In this document: positions 14,901 to 30,609 of the stretch, in pieces
Layout of the letters: the number at the start of each line of letters is the position of its first letter
Numbering within the stretch: the stretch's first letter is position 1
Assembly (NCBI RefSeq): GCF_009914755.1
Contig: NC_060938.1
Origin: the human T2T-CHM13v2.0 reference genome, Homo sapiens
DNA: 64,000 nucleotides
Strand: one strand, 5' to 3'
The notes under the pieces: generated by a model
Databases searched by the model: none
What the model saw: the letters and a program-made list of their open reading frames with translations, nothing else
Told to the model about the DNA's origin: nothing
Made by a program: the position numbers and the translations under genes

Positions 14901-17699
14901 CCTCATTCTTCAGTTCCGTGGTTGGGTTGACTTTCTTTTACCACTTTGCAAGTTTGCTCTGCTCACTGTCTGAAATAAGCAGAGCTGGAACTTGGATGTT
15001 CTTGTTTTTGTTATTATCTGCACAATCCCCATCCAGTCTTTTCTCTAGTAGTCATGATCTACTTGATACTAAGCCACTCTTTGGTTTTATCATTAGTTCT
15101 AACATTAAGTGCATACTTATGTCACTCCTTGTCTCAAACACTCATTGCTCATCATTCAAAACCAGCTGCTGGGACTGGCGTGTTTGATGCTTACAATGGA
15201 GCATCAATACCACCCCTGCCCCCACCACCACCACATTCTTATTCTTTATCATATGAGCTTGGATAATCCTCATTATTCCTGATCTCCAGACACACCCTGA
15301 ATTACCTCTCCTCCAGGTCTACTCATGCTGCTTACTCGGTGGGACAACTTTGCCAGTTCCATCTAAACCATGCCCTGTCTAGGCTGTCTGCCTTTGGCAT
15401 CTTGTCTGCCCTGCCATTTTGGCCCAGTACCTAGGAGGAGCTGAACAGAAATGTGCAGAGGTATCAGTGACTCTTACCCAGCCTTCCAAGCCCTGCACAG
15501 CGCCTCCTTGTTTGTGGTCTGGAATCCTTCCGGCAAGTGGGTGTCCAGCCTCAACGTCCCCAGGGCTTGGGGCTTGTGAAGGGCTCCCTCTGCTGGAGGA
15601 GGAGAGCATTGGGCCCAGGCATGAGTGCACCATCAGTACCAGGCAATCCTGGGAGCAATTCTGGAGAGATCAAAGTGGTTCTCAAAGACATTGGTGACAC
15701 CTACCCCGGAGAGTGAATCCTTCAGGTCACAGGTACCAGAGATGGACAACTTGGCCAGAAGACATAGCCTTATCTCACTTATCTCAGACATGACATGGAC
15801 AAAGACCAGCTGAAGGACCAGGAACCAAACTGTTGTCACCTGCAGCTCCGTGGCTTTTTTCATACCAGGTCCAAGGGTTGAGGGATGGGAGACCTGGCCA
15901 AAGAGGGTGATCGGTGAAGCAATCTATTTTCCACCTTGAGGCTAACTGGTAGTTATTTCTTTCTGCCTATGGAGACCTCTGCTTACCTTCTGACCACCCA
16001 CTCATGGCAAGGTGTTCTCAGTCTCCATCTTCAGACCCCACCACCATTTCTACAGTAGCCACTGTGGATCTCCCTACTCCAGGTTCTGCCTCTTCCATGT
16101 AATGAGCCAAACTTGGCCAAGGCAGTCAACAAGCAGCATGCATGTTAGAGCCAGGAACAGCTGGGTCCATATCCTTCCTCTGCTACCCACTTCATTCAGG
16201 TTGCTAAGCCACTCAAGCCTCTGATACTTCATCTATGAAATGGGGGTGACGGTCTCTAGTTTATGGAGTTGTTGGGAGGTGTTAGTGAGATACCCTATGA
16301 AAAATGCCTGACATGGCATAGGGGCTCCCCACATATTAGGCAACCTTTACCTCCAACCCCACTGACAGCCACACACCTGCCCATCAGGGAGTGAGGTTGA
16401 GAATATCAAAATATATATTTGCAACAGAAAATGATAGAGATAAATAGTAATTGCATTGGGGTTACAAGGGTAGGAATGATGGATTCTGCTTGGGAGAGGG
16501 AACTAGTCTGAGAACATAACTATTGACCAGGGTATTTCAAGTATTCACTATGTGTCAGGCTTTAACACTATACACACAGCCTCATCTGATCCTCAGAGGA
16601 GTCCCATAGGGTAGGTACCTACAGCAAACAGGCTTCAGGGGGGCCCAGGAGACCAGGGGTCCCCATGATCCCTGCCTCCTGGTATTCATAACCTTGAGTA
16701 AGGATAGGACCTACCCCTGACCAATGGAATATGGCAAAGGTGACACACGTACGTGATTCCATGTATGGATCACATTATATGAGACTGTGATGTCCCTTGT
16801 CTTCCTGGCCCACTCCATTCCCACCCCAAGTGTTGGTTCCTTGGAAAAACACTGGGGATGGAGGTGGAATTGCTGTGAAAACAAGACTCAGTCCTCCACA
16901 GAAGCTGCCCAGGGAGTTCTTCAAAAGTGGTTATCCTACCTGCCATTTACACTGGATCAGGACTGTCCAGAAATCATTTTCACATCTCCCCAGCAGAATG
17001 GCATCATCTCAATACTAATCTTCACTTGAACTAGAAGAATCATGCTTGTGGTTTTCAAAAGGAAAAGGTTCCTATTCATGGTGCATTTAGAAGCAGCCCA
17101 GGGTGCTTATAGAACGGACCTGCTTCTTGCTATGTTCTTGAGCTTCTGAGGCCTCTTGACAAAGTCGAGCAAGTAAGACGACCAGGCCAAGTGGGCACTC
17201 TGGGCCCCATGGCCAAGGATGGGCTGGCCAGGTGGCCACGTGGCCTCCGGTGGCCTTGTTTCTGTGGGCTTTATCTGATCCTGAGCTCAGATGCTGATAG
17301 TGCACTGGCTTATTTTCTAAGGAGAGGGAGCTTGATTTGTGCAGGATGCGCCTTCACCAGATACCTCCAGGGGCAAGAGTCCACTGAGGTTACAGCGCCC
17401 CCCGCCCCCCATGCCTCTAAGCTCTAAGCTCAGAGAAGGGTCCCTGACACAGAGTCCTGTTAAAGGAATGGCCACAGGGATAGGAGAGACCAGGGTCGTG
17501 CATGCCAGCTCAGGATCTGGGGCAGGATGGTTGGCAGGGGGTCGTGGGGAGCAAAGGAGGGGAATCACCTGCCAGAAAATTGGGCAGGGGTGCTCAGGGA
17601 GGAGGCTGCGGAGGGACTGGGACCAGTGGAAGGGAGGTGGAATAGGTCTTAGGAGCCAAATTCCTTGCAGAGGCCTGGGGTGAAGCCTGGGCAGCTCTA

Positions 17700-18044
17700 T
17701 CCCCGGGAGCCGCCCTTTTGCCTCCAGCAGCTCCCGGTCCAGCCACAGCCCCTCCAGGAGACCCAGGCCGGGTTCCTAACTCCGCTGCTCTTTGGCCTCG
17801 TCCCTGCCTAGCCCCTGCTGCAGGTTGCTTTTTTCCCCCCTCCTCCTCCTCCCTCCTCCCTCCTCCCTCCTCCCCCTTCCTCCTCCTCCCCCTCCTCCCC
17901 CGACTGGCCCCGCCCCCACTGCCGGCCCCGCCCCCACTGCCGGCCCGGGCCCCACCCACGCCGGAGCCGCTCCATTTAAGGAGATTGCGCAGCTGGAAAG
18001 CTACACGTGTGAGCCTAGAGGCGGGTCCCGGTTGCAGACTTGCC
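17700..18044 (+). promoter_or_regulatory. TCL1B: TCL1B promoter / CpG island
   Basis: CCT-rich tract at ~17828-17901; tandem 18-mer GGCCCCGCCCCCACTGCC x2 (17906-17941; Sp/KLF GC boxes); TATA-like ATTTAA at 17974-17979; E-box CACGTG at 18004-18009; Kozak gccATGg. Confidence 0.85.
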
Positions 18045-18206
18045 ATGGCCTCCGAAGCTTCTGTGCGTCTAGGGGTGCCCCCTGGCCGTCTGTGGATCCA
18101 GAGGCCTGGCATCTACGAAGATGAGGAGGGGAGAACCTGGGTGACTGTGGTCGTGCGGTTCAATCCCTCGCGTAGGGAATGGGCCAGGGCCTCCCAGGGC
18201 AGCAGA
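18045..18206 (+). CDS. TCL1B: TCL1B coding exon 1 (aa 1-54)
   Basis: MASEASVRLGVPPGRLWIQRPGIYEDEEGRTW...QGSR; donor AGA/gtgagt, phase 0. Confidence 0.99.
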
Positions 18207-19247
18207 GTGAGTCCTGGGCACGAGGGGAGGCTGTGGGGAGGGCTGCGCACTGACCCCTGCCCGTGTGGGACCGCGGTGGGGGTCAGAGGGGGCCGTTCTC
18301 ACCCGCACTGGAAAACTCACTTCTGTGCAGGTCTAGGAGCGCAGCAATGTCCATGCCCAGCCCTGGCCCCAGGAACACCCCCCGTAAAGGGACCACAGGC
18401 ACAAGCTTATCCACATGAGATAATGTGGTCCTGCGTGGTGAAGCCGAGGCTAAGGTAGCTCAGGGCTTAGTGCCATTCCCAGTGCCTGCTGGGAAGGCCC
18501 ACAAATGGGGCAGCTATTGAGCTGGGCTTTGTGGGATGAGTAGGAGTTCTCCAGGTCTAGAAAGGAGGCAGGAGTAGTATAAGCAAAAGCATTGCAGCCT
18601 GGAGGCACCAGGTGGGCCAACAGGATGAACATGACATTGGTGTCAGATTACTGATCTGCAAAATGAGAATAATATACCTCTGTGGCAAGCTAGTCACAGA
18701 CATGCTCACATACATGGCTCACCGCCTGAATGGCCTGGGGAAGCATTTGACTGATAACAGATTCTGGAAATTAATTCAGGAGGCTTGGGTGGAGTCCTAG
18801 ATTCTTTACTTTTCAAAAGCTCCCCAGGTGATAATGATAATGACTCAGGAAACGGCTGTAGATGAGGGCTTTAGATCACAGCCAGTCTTTGAGGGATGAA
18901 GTAAATACAGTAGCGTCTCTGGTGTGGGTGGCGGTGGGGAATTGATTCCAGGACCGACTGTGGATGCTCAAGTCCCTGATAGAAAATGACCTGGGTAGTA
19001 ATTATATATAACCTCAGCGCATCCTCTACTATATTTGAAATCAGATTACTAATAACACCTAATGCTACACCTACACATCACTTCAAGCTCTGCTTTTGGG
19101 AACTTTGTGGAATTTCTTTTTTTCCCCAAATATTTTTAATCTGAGGTTAGTCGAATTCATGGGTGCAGTATCCATGGAAATGGGGGGCTGGCTGTACCTT
19201 AGTGTAATGTGGTAAAAGCATATCCGGATATTTAAAATGCCATTTAG

Positions 19248-19874
<627 letters not shown>

Positions 19875-20019
19875 AGTTCACTGACACTTTAAACAATATA
19901 ACACATTTCCTAAAAAAAGTTCAAATAGGTTATTTCAAAAAATGTTGGTAGAGAACATGGAAAGGCTTTTCTGTACATACACTAAATAAAGCATGCAAAA
20001 ATTGTGGAGCAAATATTTT

Positions 20020-20946
<927 letters not shown>

Positions 20947-21584
20947 TCAAATAACTTAGCCACGGGTGGGATAAGGGACCTACTTAGTAAGTATTTTTTC
21001 CCCTTCTTTCTTAAAAATAGATCGATGTCTTAGGGTGGGAATTAGGCTTCCTGGGCGACACATCTAATGCAAAGATCAGCCACCTTTTTCTGTAAAGGAT
21101 CTGATGGTAAACATTTTCCACTTGGAGAGCTATGCTCTTGCAGCTACTCAGCTCTGCTATTGCAGTGCAAAAGCAGCTAAAGGCAACGGTAAAGGAATGA
21201 GGGAAGGAGCCTTAGTTTATTTACAATAAAGCTTTATTTGCAAAAGCAGATGCAAGCCAGACTTAGTTTGCTGATCTCTGATCTACAGTCAGAATACACA
21301 GAGAAGGAGAGATTTTGCCGTATAATTTAAAATACTTCTCTTTGCAAAAGCAGTCCATAAAAAAAGTGAGGACAACAAACTGAGAAAAATTATTCACAAC
21401 ATGTCTGATTGATAGAGCACTAATATTCTTAATTCAAAAAGACATTTTATCACAAAAGAAGACAAATACTTAGAAAATTGTGCAAAAGACTTTCCATTTT
21501 GTTGCATAACGTAGGAAGCTTTGGTTTTACTTTTCCTATCATCTTTCTAACTTCCAGTACCAGCCTAATTTTGTTATTTTTATT

Positions 21585-21900
<316 letters not shown>

Positions 21901-22316
21901 TAAGTGTGTGAAGGTCATGATCAGAACTGCCATATATTTTGGCGGGAAAATCTATCACCCTCAGATCCAGGAGTCCATGGATATCTTGTTTTTAAAACGA
22001 AGATTTAAAAAATTACGGCAATGGCAGAGATGGAGGCCCAAGAGAATACTCAGCTTTAACCCAAGGTGTTGACAGGTTGGAAACAGTGGCTAAATTTGGG
22101 GATTGCAGTGGGGCGAGGCAGGGTGCAGGTCAGAGGGGGCCAGAAGGGCCCCAGCCATCCTAGATGGAGCCACAAGTACCAGTGCCAAGGCTCTTGGTCT
22201 GGAATTCTGAAAACATTTACCTCTGACCCTGGCAGCCCACTGGCCATTGCTTGTGTGCAGCCCAGTTGGCAGGGAACCCTATCCATGATTTGCCGCCTCT
22301 TTTCTGGTCCCTTCAG

Positions 22317-22487
22317 TATGAACCCAGCATCACAGTGCACTTGTGGCAGATGGCAGTGCATACCCGGGAGCTACTCTCCTCCGGCCAGATGCCCTTCTCC
22401 CAGCTGCCCGCCGTGTGGCAGCTCTACCCCGGGAGGAAGTACCGAGCAGCGGATTCCAGTTTCTGGGAAATAGCAGACCATGGCCAG
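22317..22487 (+). CDS. TCL1B: TCL1B coding exon 2 (aa 55-111)
   Basis: Acceptor cccttcag/TAT; YEPSITVHLWQM...LPAVWQLYPGRKYRAADSSFWEIADHGQ with the TCL1-family LPxxWQLYP motif; donor is CAG/gcaagt (GC). Confidence 0.99.
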
Positions 22488-22848
22488 GCAAGTGTGTGGT
22501 GGTTCTAGGTGAAAGCGACAGGTGGCCCCTGGTGACTGCCGTGGCCCTCTCTCTTCTGTGCCCCTGGCCCCCTTTGGGTTCTTGTCTGTCCTCTTCCTGT
22601 TGCTCAAGTCTTCCTTCAAGGAGGCCTGAGTGTGTGTGGGTGGATCGGTGCATGAGTTCCCATGTGGGATGCAGGCAGAGTGGGTGAGGGAGGGAGGGTT
22701 GCCTTCCCTGGGCTAGGGAAATCCACAAGCTGGAGTTCCCACCTGCCTCACCCCTGCCTGCTGCTGCTGCCAGCCTGCATGGGCGGCCGTTAAGGCCAAC
22801 TGGAAGAGCATCTCCCAGAGGTTCTGATGGCTGCTCCCTCTCCTGCAG

Positions 22849-22902
22849 ATTGACTCTATGGAGCAGCTGGTCCTAACATATCAGCCGGAGAGGAAAGACT
22901 GA
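22849..22902 (+). CDS. TCL1B: TCL1B coding exon 3 (aa 112-128 + TGA)
   Basis: Acceptor tcctgcag/ATT; IDSMEQLVLTYQPERKD*; total 128 aa. Exon continues to 22917 (donor CTG/gtatgt). Confidence 0.98.
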   Translation: MDSMEQLVLTYQPERKD

Positions 22903-23511
22903 CACTGGGAGTGGCTGGTATGTTGGGGCCCTGTGCGTCTCGGTGTAGGGATCAGACGAAAGTGAGAAGACCTCTCCTCTTTTCAGAAAGACGGCGTGGC
23001 CTCCTCCTCCCTGCTGTTTGCTGAGATTTTTCTTACATAGCCACCTGTCACCTCTGTTCCCCAGCCCCTTGGATGTGATGGTACACAGTGGGTGGGCCCC
23101 CATAATAAGTTCCTAAAGCATGGGATCTCATCGAATAAGACTCATCATTTAATCCTTGTGAGAATTTTGTGAGGTGTACGTGTTAATGTCCCATTTCACG
23201 ACGAAAAGACAAGACTCTGGGGATGGGAATGACTTCCTCGAGACCATACAGCCAGGAAATAGCGGTGAATCTAGTGATCTCGGGTCCCTAGATTTAACCA
23301 TGGCACTGAGGTGCCGTGTGACGGTGGCCTTGGAGGACCCAGCACTGACCCATAGAGGGCTCCTCTCAGATGGGCAGCAGCTTGGAGCAGGCCAGGCAGG
23401 GCCTGGTCCATTGGAGGGGCTGGCACTGGACTTGCCTTTGACCCCAGCAGCTTGGATGGGGTGCCGGGCTCCCCCATAGTTCACTGACTGTCTCCTTTGG
23501 TCTTCTCGCAG

Positions 23512-24215
23512 GCCCTGCTGGCCCTGCCTCTTCTGGCCTGGTGTCTCCTCATGCCCCCTCAGTGAGGATCTTCATGTACCTGCTCTTCTGTTTGCACACC
23601 CAGCATAGCCTCCTTGCAGGCAGAAGGCAGTAGGGCCCCTGCACACTCAGTTTCTCTCGTTTTCCTTAGTTATCAGTCCTGTCCTGTCCCACTCAGGTCT
23701 GTACTTAGGGCAGCTGGCCTGGATGGGCTTCACTGGGGCCCTGTCTGTGTGCTGAGCCAGTTTCCCCTGCTGGCTGCAAGCTGTGGGTTCTTTCTCCTCT
23801 GTGCCCCTCATGCTGATCTTCTAGATGCCACTCCCAAATCCCCTTCATACCCACCAGGATGTGTGCCCAGCCAGGCCTCCAGCACCCCCAGTGCAGCTCG
23901 TGATTGGAAACTCACCATCGGCAGGCAGTGGTTCGGTTTAAGAGATGGCATTAGAGGGAGCCCAGTCTGGATGTGGACTTGGATGCCCTGTGGGTATCAG
24001 TTCTGCTGACACTTTGGCCCGAAATAGATCCAGTGCTGAGCAAGCAATGTACACCGGAGCCTCAGTGAGCCCATCTGCACAGTGGGGAGCATGGAGGGAT
24101 GGGTTTGGCCTGTGCTTCTGCTTATTCAGTCCTTCAGCTCACGGAAGGGATGCTAGTCCGTGAAGGTGACCTCACAGTACTGGTTAATTAAACTTTATTG
24201 CTCACTGTCCACTTT
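23512..24215 (+). other. TCL1B: TCL1B terminal 3'UTR exon
   Basis: Acceptor tctcctttggtcttctcgcag/G at 23511; ATTAAA at 24187-24192. 3' end approximate. Confidence 0.8.
24187..24192 (+). terminator. TCL1B: TCL1B polyadenylation signal ATTAAA
   Basis: Variant hexamer followed by a T/GT-rich downstream element. Confidence 0.75.
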
Positions 24216-24989
24216 TGTGCTGAATTGGAGCCTCTCTTTGACCTCTTTCTAGCATAGAAATGGCAGCTTCTGGTACCGAAATGTTAAGGTAACATTTTAA
24301 TGATCCATTTCATATTTTTCCACACTGGGAAGGAAATTGTGATTGGTCCATTCAGCAGCAGGACGTCGGCGGGAGTTAAGGAAGGGGAGGAGACTCGTGC
24401 GGGCTCTGGGTGAAGCCCTGCTGTGAAAGGGCAGGAAAGCCCGTAGTGGTCACAGGAGAACCGGGAGCAAGGGAGAGCTCCCAAAGCGAGACAATGCAAC
24501 AGCATGTCATTGCAGGAGATGCAGAATGCAGGTGCAAGGGAGGAAGGGCCCATGTGTGGGAGAGTATGACATGACAGAGGAGCAGAGTCCTTGAGCAGGG
24601 AGGGATGAGGCAGGGGGCCAAGGCACTGAGCAGTGCCACCATTGTGACCAGGAAGAAGAGGACGATACAGTGCAGGTCAGGGTGACCATGCAGTGGTGGC
24701 AAGGAGAAGAGATTCCCTCCCTCATGTCGCTCACAAGAAAAAAATCACCCATGGGCTGAAATCCCAACCTTACAAAATGAATCTGTAAAAGCATTCATAG
24801 AAAGTTTGGGGAAATATGTTCATGAACGTGGGGTACAGAAAAACCCAAGTAAATCACAGGTGTAAGCAAAAGACAGTGTAAGACAAACTTTTTCAAGTGA
24901 AGCATTTCTGTATGACAAAATATTAGGAAGCATCAATCACAATTTAGCATGGTATATAAGGCACGCCAGTGTTTGCCTGGAGCAGGCTT

Positions 24990-25170
24990 GCTCAAGCCCA
25001 GTGGTGTTGCGGGGAGGGGCTGTCCTGTGCCTTGTAGAATGTTTAGCAACATCCTTGGCCGCCACCCACTGGATGCCAGAAGCATCTCCTGACCGCAGCT
25101 TGTGAGAACCAAAAATGCCAAATGCCTCCTGAGGGGGCAAAATTGCCCCGGGCTGAGAATCACTACCCTA
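24990..25170. mobile_element. MER20-like hAT DNA transposon remnant
   Basis: ggggctgtcctgtgccttgtagaatgtttagcaacatcc...gggggcaaaattgcccc...gagaatcact. Confidence 0.7.
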
Positions 25171-25374
25171 GATAAACACTTGCACATGTGGTATACACAA
25201 GAGGTATGAAGAGAGAGCACTGTGGTAAGAGTTCAGATTCCACAGTGTTGGCATGGTTAAAGGGAGGCCCCGTGAGCAGGAGCTGGGTGAGCACTGCAGG
25301 CTGGCATTGTACCTTCTGCTGAGAAGCTTATGTTGATCTGGCAGCCTGGTCTTTGAGGAACCCTCTTCCCCTAG

Positions 25375-25748
<374 letters not shown>

Positions 25749-27106
25749 TAGGAAAGGTTTTTATTGTTAAATGGGAAATTTACAAAGCCAGAGAGGGAAG
25801 GAGACATTGTTTTCCTACCCACAGAAATGTGCCTCCCAGAAAGGAGCCGGCTCTGCTGGATACCCAGTGGGTGTCTGCATCCAGGAGAGAGAATTCAGTC
25901 CCTTAGCTGCCTTCTTATAGTGCAGGCTGGGTGCAAGTGCAATGATGAAGGCTGCACAGACTTCCTGGGTACCAGGTGGGTGGGGTCTGGGAATGCCAGC
26001 CGTCCAGTGCCTGGACACTTGGGGTCTATATGTAACTGTAATAGATTTGTTGTCAAATGCGCACATATCCCAACACTGGGTCGCAGCAGAGAAAGCAGTT
26101 GAATGGTAGGGTCACCGAAGGAGGGGATAGGAGGAAACCTCAAATCCATCTCCCAGAGAGTAGGACTGGGCCAGTGGAGATTGTTGATTGATTGAAAAGT
26201 GCAGGATGACATGGGACAGGGAGATGAAGCAGCTGTATTCTCATACTGATCTGTTCCTCTGTGGCAGTCTTCAAACTGGTTGCTGGAATTCAGACTCTGA
26301 AAAACATCTTAAGTGATTTATTCTAATGTCAGAGATCCTGTCTATAGGAACGAAGGGGATACAAATAAATTATTAAACAGTCAGTCTTATAATCCTAAAG
26401 TCAGAAATCCTATCTGTAGAAACATCGGATATGCAAATGGTCACTATCTAGAGTGCTACGTGACTTTCAGCAACAAGAAAGTGGGTCTAAGTGCAGCCTG
26501 ATCAATGCTTAATTATAACTGTATTTCTGTCCAGAACCCAGCATGCAAACTGCAAGGGGGGCAGTTTCATATGGGAAGTTTCAGGCTCCCAGGATTAGGG
26601 AAGGAAGTCATCAGTTCTTTGGGAAGTAGAGCTCGGGTGCTGCTTCTTCCTTGGGAAATAGGCCCTTGTCCCTGCCACCTAGGATACCTCTGCTCCTTGA
26701 CCTTAGAGCGCTATTAGTCCTATAGCATTGGGAGGGGCCCCCAGCCCCCAGCTGGTCCCCAGGGAGTCACACTTTGGGATCTGCTGCCCCTCCTGGGCGC
26801 TGTCCTTCACCTGCTGGTGGTCTGCGTGCTCTCCTGGCCTCACTGCTGAGGTCTGCAGCAGGACAACGCATAGTCTGTGCCTGGTGACTCCCAGGGTCTG
26901 GGTGACTTGGCTTCACCTGGGATCCTACTACTTGTTCTGCCCCAACTGTTAGCTGTGACCCCTTTCCAGCTGCCATCTGGGTGGTCCACACCCAAGCCTC
27001 TGCTGAGGTCAGCTTGCCCTGGCACTTGGCATTGGTGCTGGATGTGGCATGGCGGTGCCCCACAGAAGATGCGCTCCAGGGAACCTCTCACCCCACCTCA
27101 CCATAG

Positions 27107-27936
<830 letters not shown>

Positions 27937-28512
27937 GTAGTGGGCTCTTTCGCATTGCCTGGGCCCAGAGGCTCTGGCCCAGGCTCCTTTTGCTGTTACG
28001 TTTCTGTAACATTGTGATACAATAAGAAATATAGATTTGGTCTCCATCCCCAGGTCCCAGCGTAGGGCTCCTGAAGCCTCTGGAATTTTCTAAGTGATAG
28101 GAGTGAGAGGAGCATCTTTTGTTCTTCATAATAAACCCCTTTCAACCTACCATGTGATTACAGGATTGGAACTTTTAGTCCCACCCTCCTGACCTCCAGG
28201 AAATACAAAAATAACAGTGTTTCCAAACACTGGGAAGGGGAGGAGAAAGAAGGTAGAGGTAAAGTACATAGGTTTTCCCGTGGAAGGAAGTCCAGAAAAT
28301 ACAGTTGAAAGATCAAGTCACAGAGCTAGGAACATATTATTTAAAGGAAAAGCTAGAATTAAGACTCATAAGAAAACTAACCAAAATTGGCAGCAGCAGA
28401 TATGGACAGGAGGAGAGAGGAAGCACAAGGATGCTGTTTCCTCATCCTTCACAGGGGACAGTTGGGAGAGGTCGTAGAACAATAAACAGAACGGCCACAT
28501 AAAAGCTCTAAA

Positions 28513-28901
<389 letters not shown>

Positions 28902-29579
28902 TTAAGTGTTTATACATTTAACATGTAACACCCAACAGTTTTCTTGTATATAGACATGAGTCAGTTAGAAAAAAAAAATGGGTGATCAATGTAAAATACT
29001 TATATGAAGCAAATTTTAAAATTCTGAAGGACAGTAAACAAGTCTTGAATAAACCTAAAAATCTTAAAATAGTCATGTGAATTGGACAATTTACCTCTAT
29101 GCCTCAGTTTCCTCATCTGTAATACAGGGACAGTAAAAGTAGCCATCTCATGGGCTGTTGTGCAGATTAACATATCGGGCTAAGTTAGTATTTGTAAAGC
29201 TCTTAGTGGTACATAGGGCTATGGAAAAGCATTGTCTAAATCAATCGGAGGCTTCGTTGTTGCAAAGATATAATATCTCCCTAAGCCTATTTATAAATGT
29301 AATGCAATCACAACAAAGAACTTAAGAGTTTTGTACCTGGACAATTTGAACCTCAAATTGATATGGAGAATTTAAGATGTGAGAAAAGCTGGGAAAAATC
29401 TGAACGAGGAGAGCTGTGAGGGTGGACTAGAGTTAGCAGCCATCAACAAGCAACCCAAAGCTGCAGCAACAAACCCTGGTGGGTAGTCACGCAGGTGCAG
29501 GCATCAAGAGAAGTGAAAACGGAAGAGGCTGAGGGAGAGCTGAAAACACAAGTGGGAATTCAGCACACGAGTGAAGGCA

Positions 29580-30063
29580 GGTACAACATGCCACTCTGGT
29601 ATAACGATTTTGTGCTAATAATGGCCCTTGATAAACAACAGATGCACGAAGGGCACTCTGCCTTCTCCTTTCTCTTCCTGAAAGCAAGAGAGAAACCTCC
29701 ACGTGGAAGATTCCTCCATCAGAAGGAAAGTGACACTCATCACTGGGGCTGGGAGTTGAGGCTGAGAGAATTCTGTATAAACTAACATCATAAATGAACC
29801 TTTCTCCTTTAGCCACAAGGAATTTGCCTAGCCCGAGGCCCCTTTCCTGGTCACATTTTCCACAATATACTACTCTTTGTCCAAAATCAGTGTTTAACTC
29901 TGTTTCTTTGGGTCTTTGTTTCCTTATGAGGGGCTCCTGTGTCACAGAAAACTTACATTAAATCAATATGCTTTTCTCCTATGAATCTGTTTTATGTCAA
30001 TTTAATTCTCTAGCCCAGCTGAAAATGCTAAGAGGGTAGAGGTGAAATTTTGCCTCCCTTACA
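29580..30063 (+). mobile_element. MER4-group ERV1 LTR remnant
   Basis: LTR-type 3' end (ttttgcctcccttaca) with ATTAAA. 5' boundary and subfamily uncertain. Confidence 0.55.
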
Positions 30064-30258
30064 CAATCAAGGTGGCATTTCAAAGCACTGCCAAAGGATA
30101 CATTAGTCACTAAACAGCATCATTGAGACCTGGCTAGCCATTTGCATAAAAAAGTTGGATCACTACTTCATTTCTCATATAGAAGTAAATTCCAGATAGA
30201 TTCATGATTTAAACAAAGGAAATGACAAAAGGATAGATGAAAACATGAAGAAAATTTA

Positions 30259-30609
<351 letters not shown>

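Noticed and set aside
15379-15863. Several overlapping 60-90 aa ORFs in unique sequence, considered as a processed pseudogene or third TCL1 paralog
   Set aside because: No TCL1 motif (LW, WQLYP, DSSFW), no recognisable homology, no polyA tail or TSD. A TBLASTN search would settle it.
17718-18458. 246-aa ORF extending TCL1B exon 1 in both directions
   Set aside because: The upstream part is the CCT/GC promoter tract read from a TTG; the real start is ATG 18045 and the exon ends at 18206.
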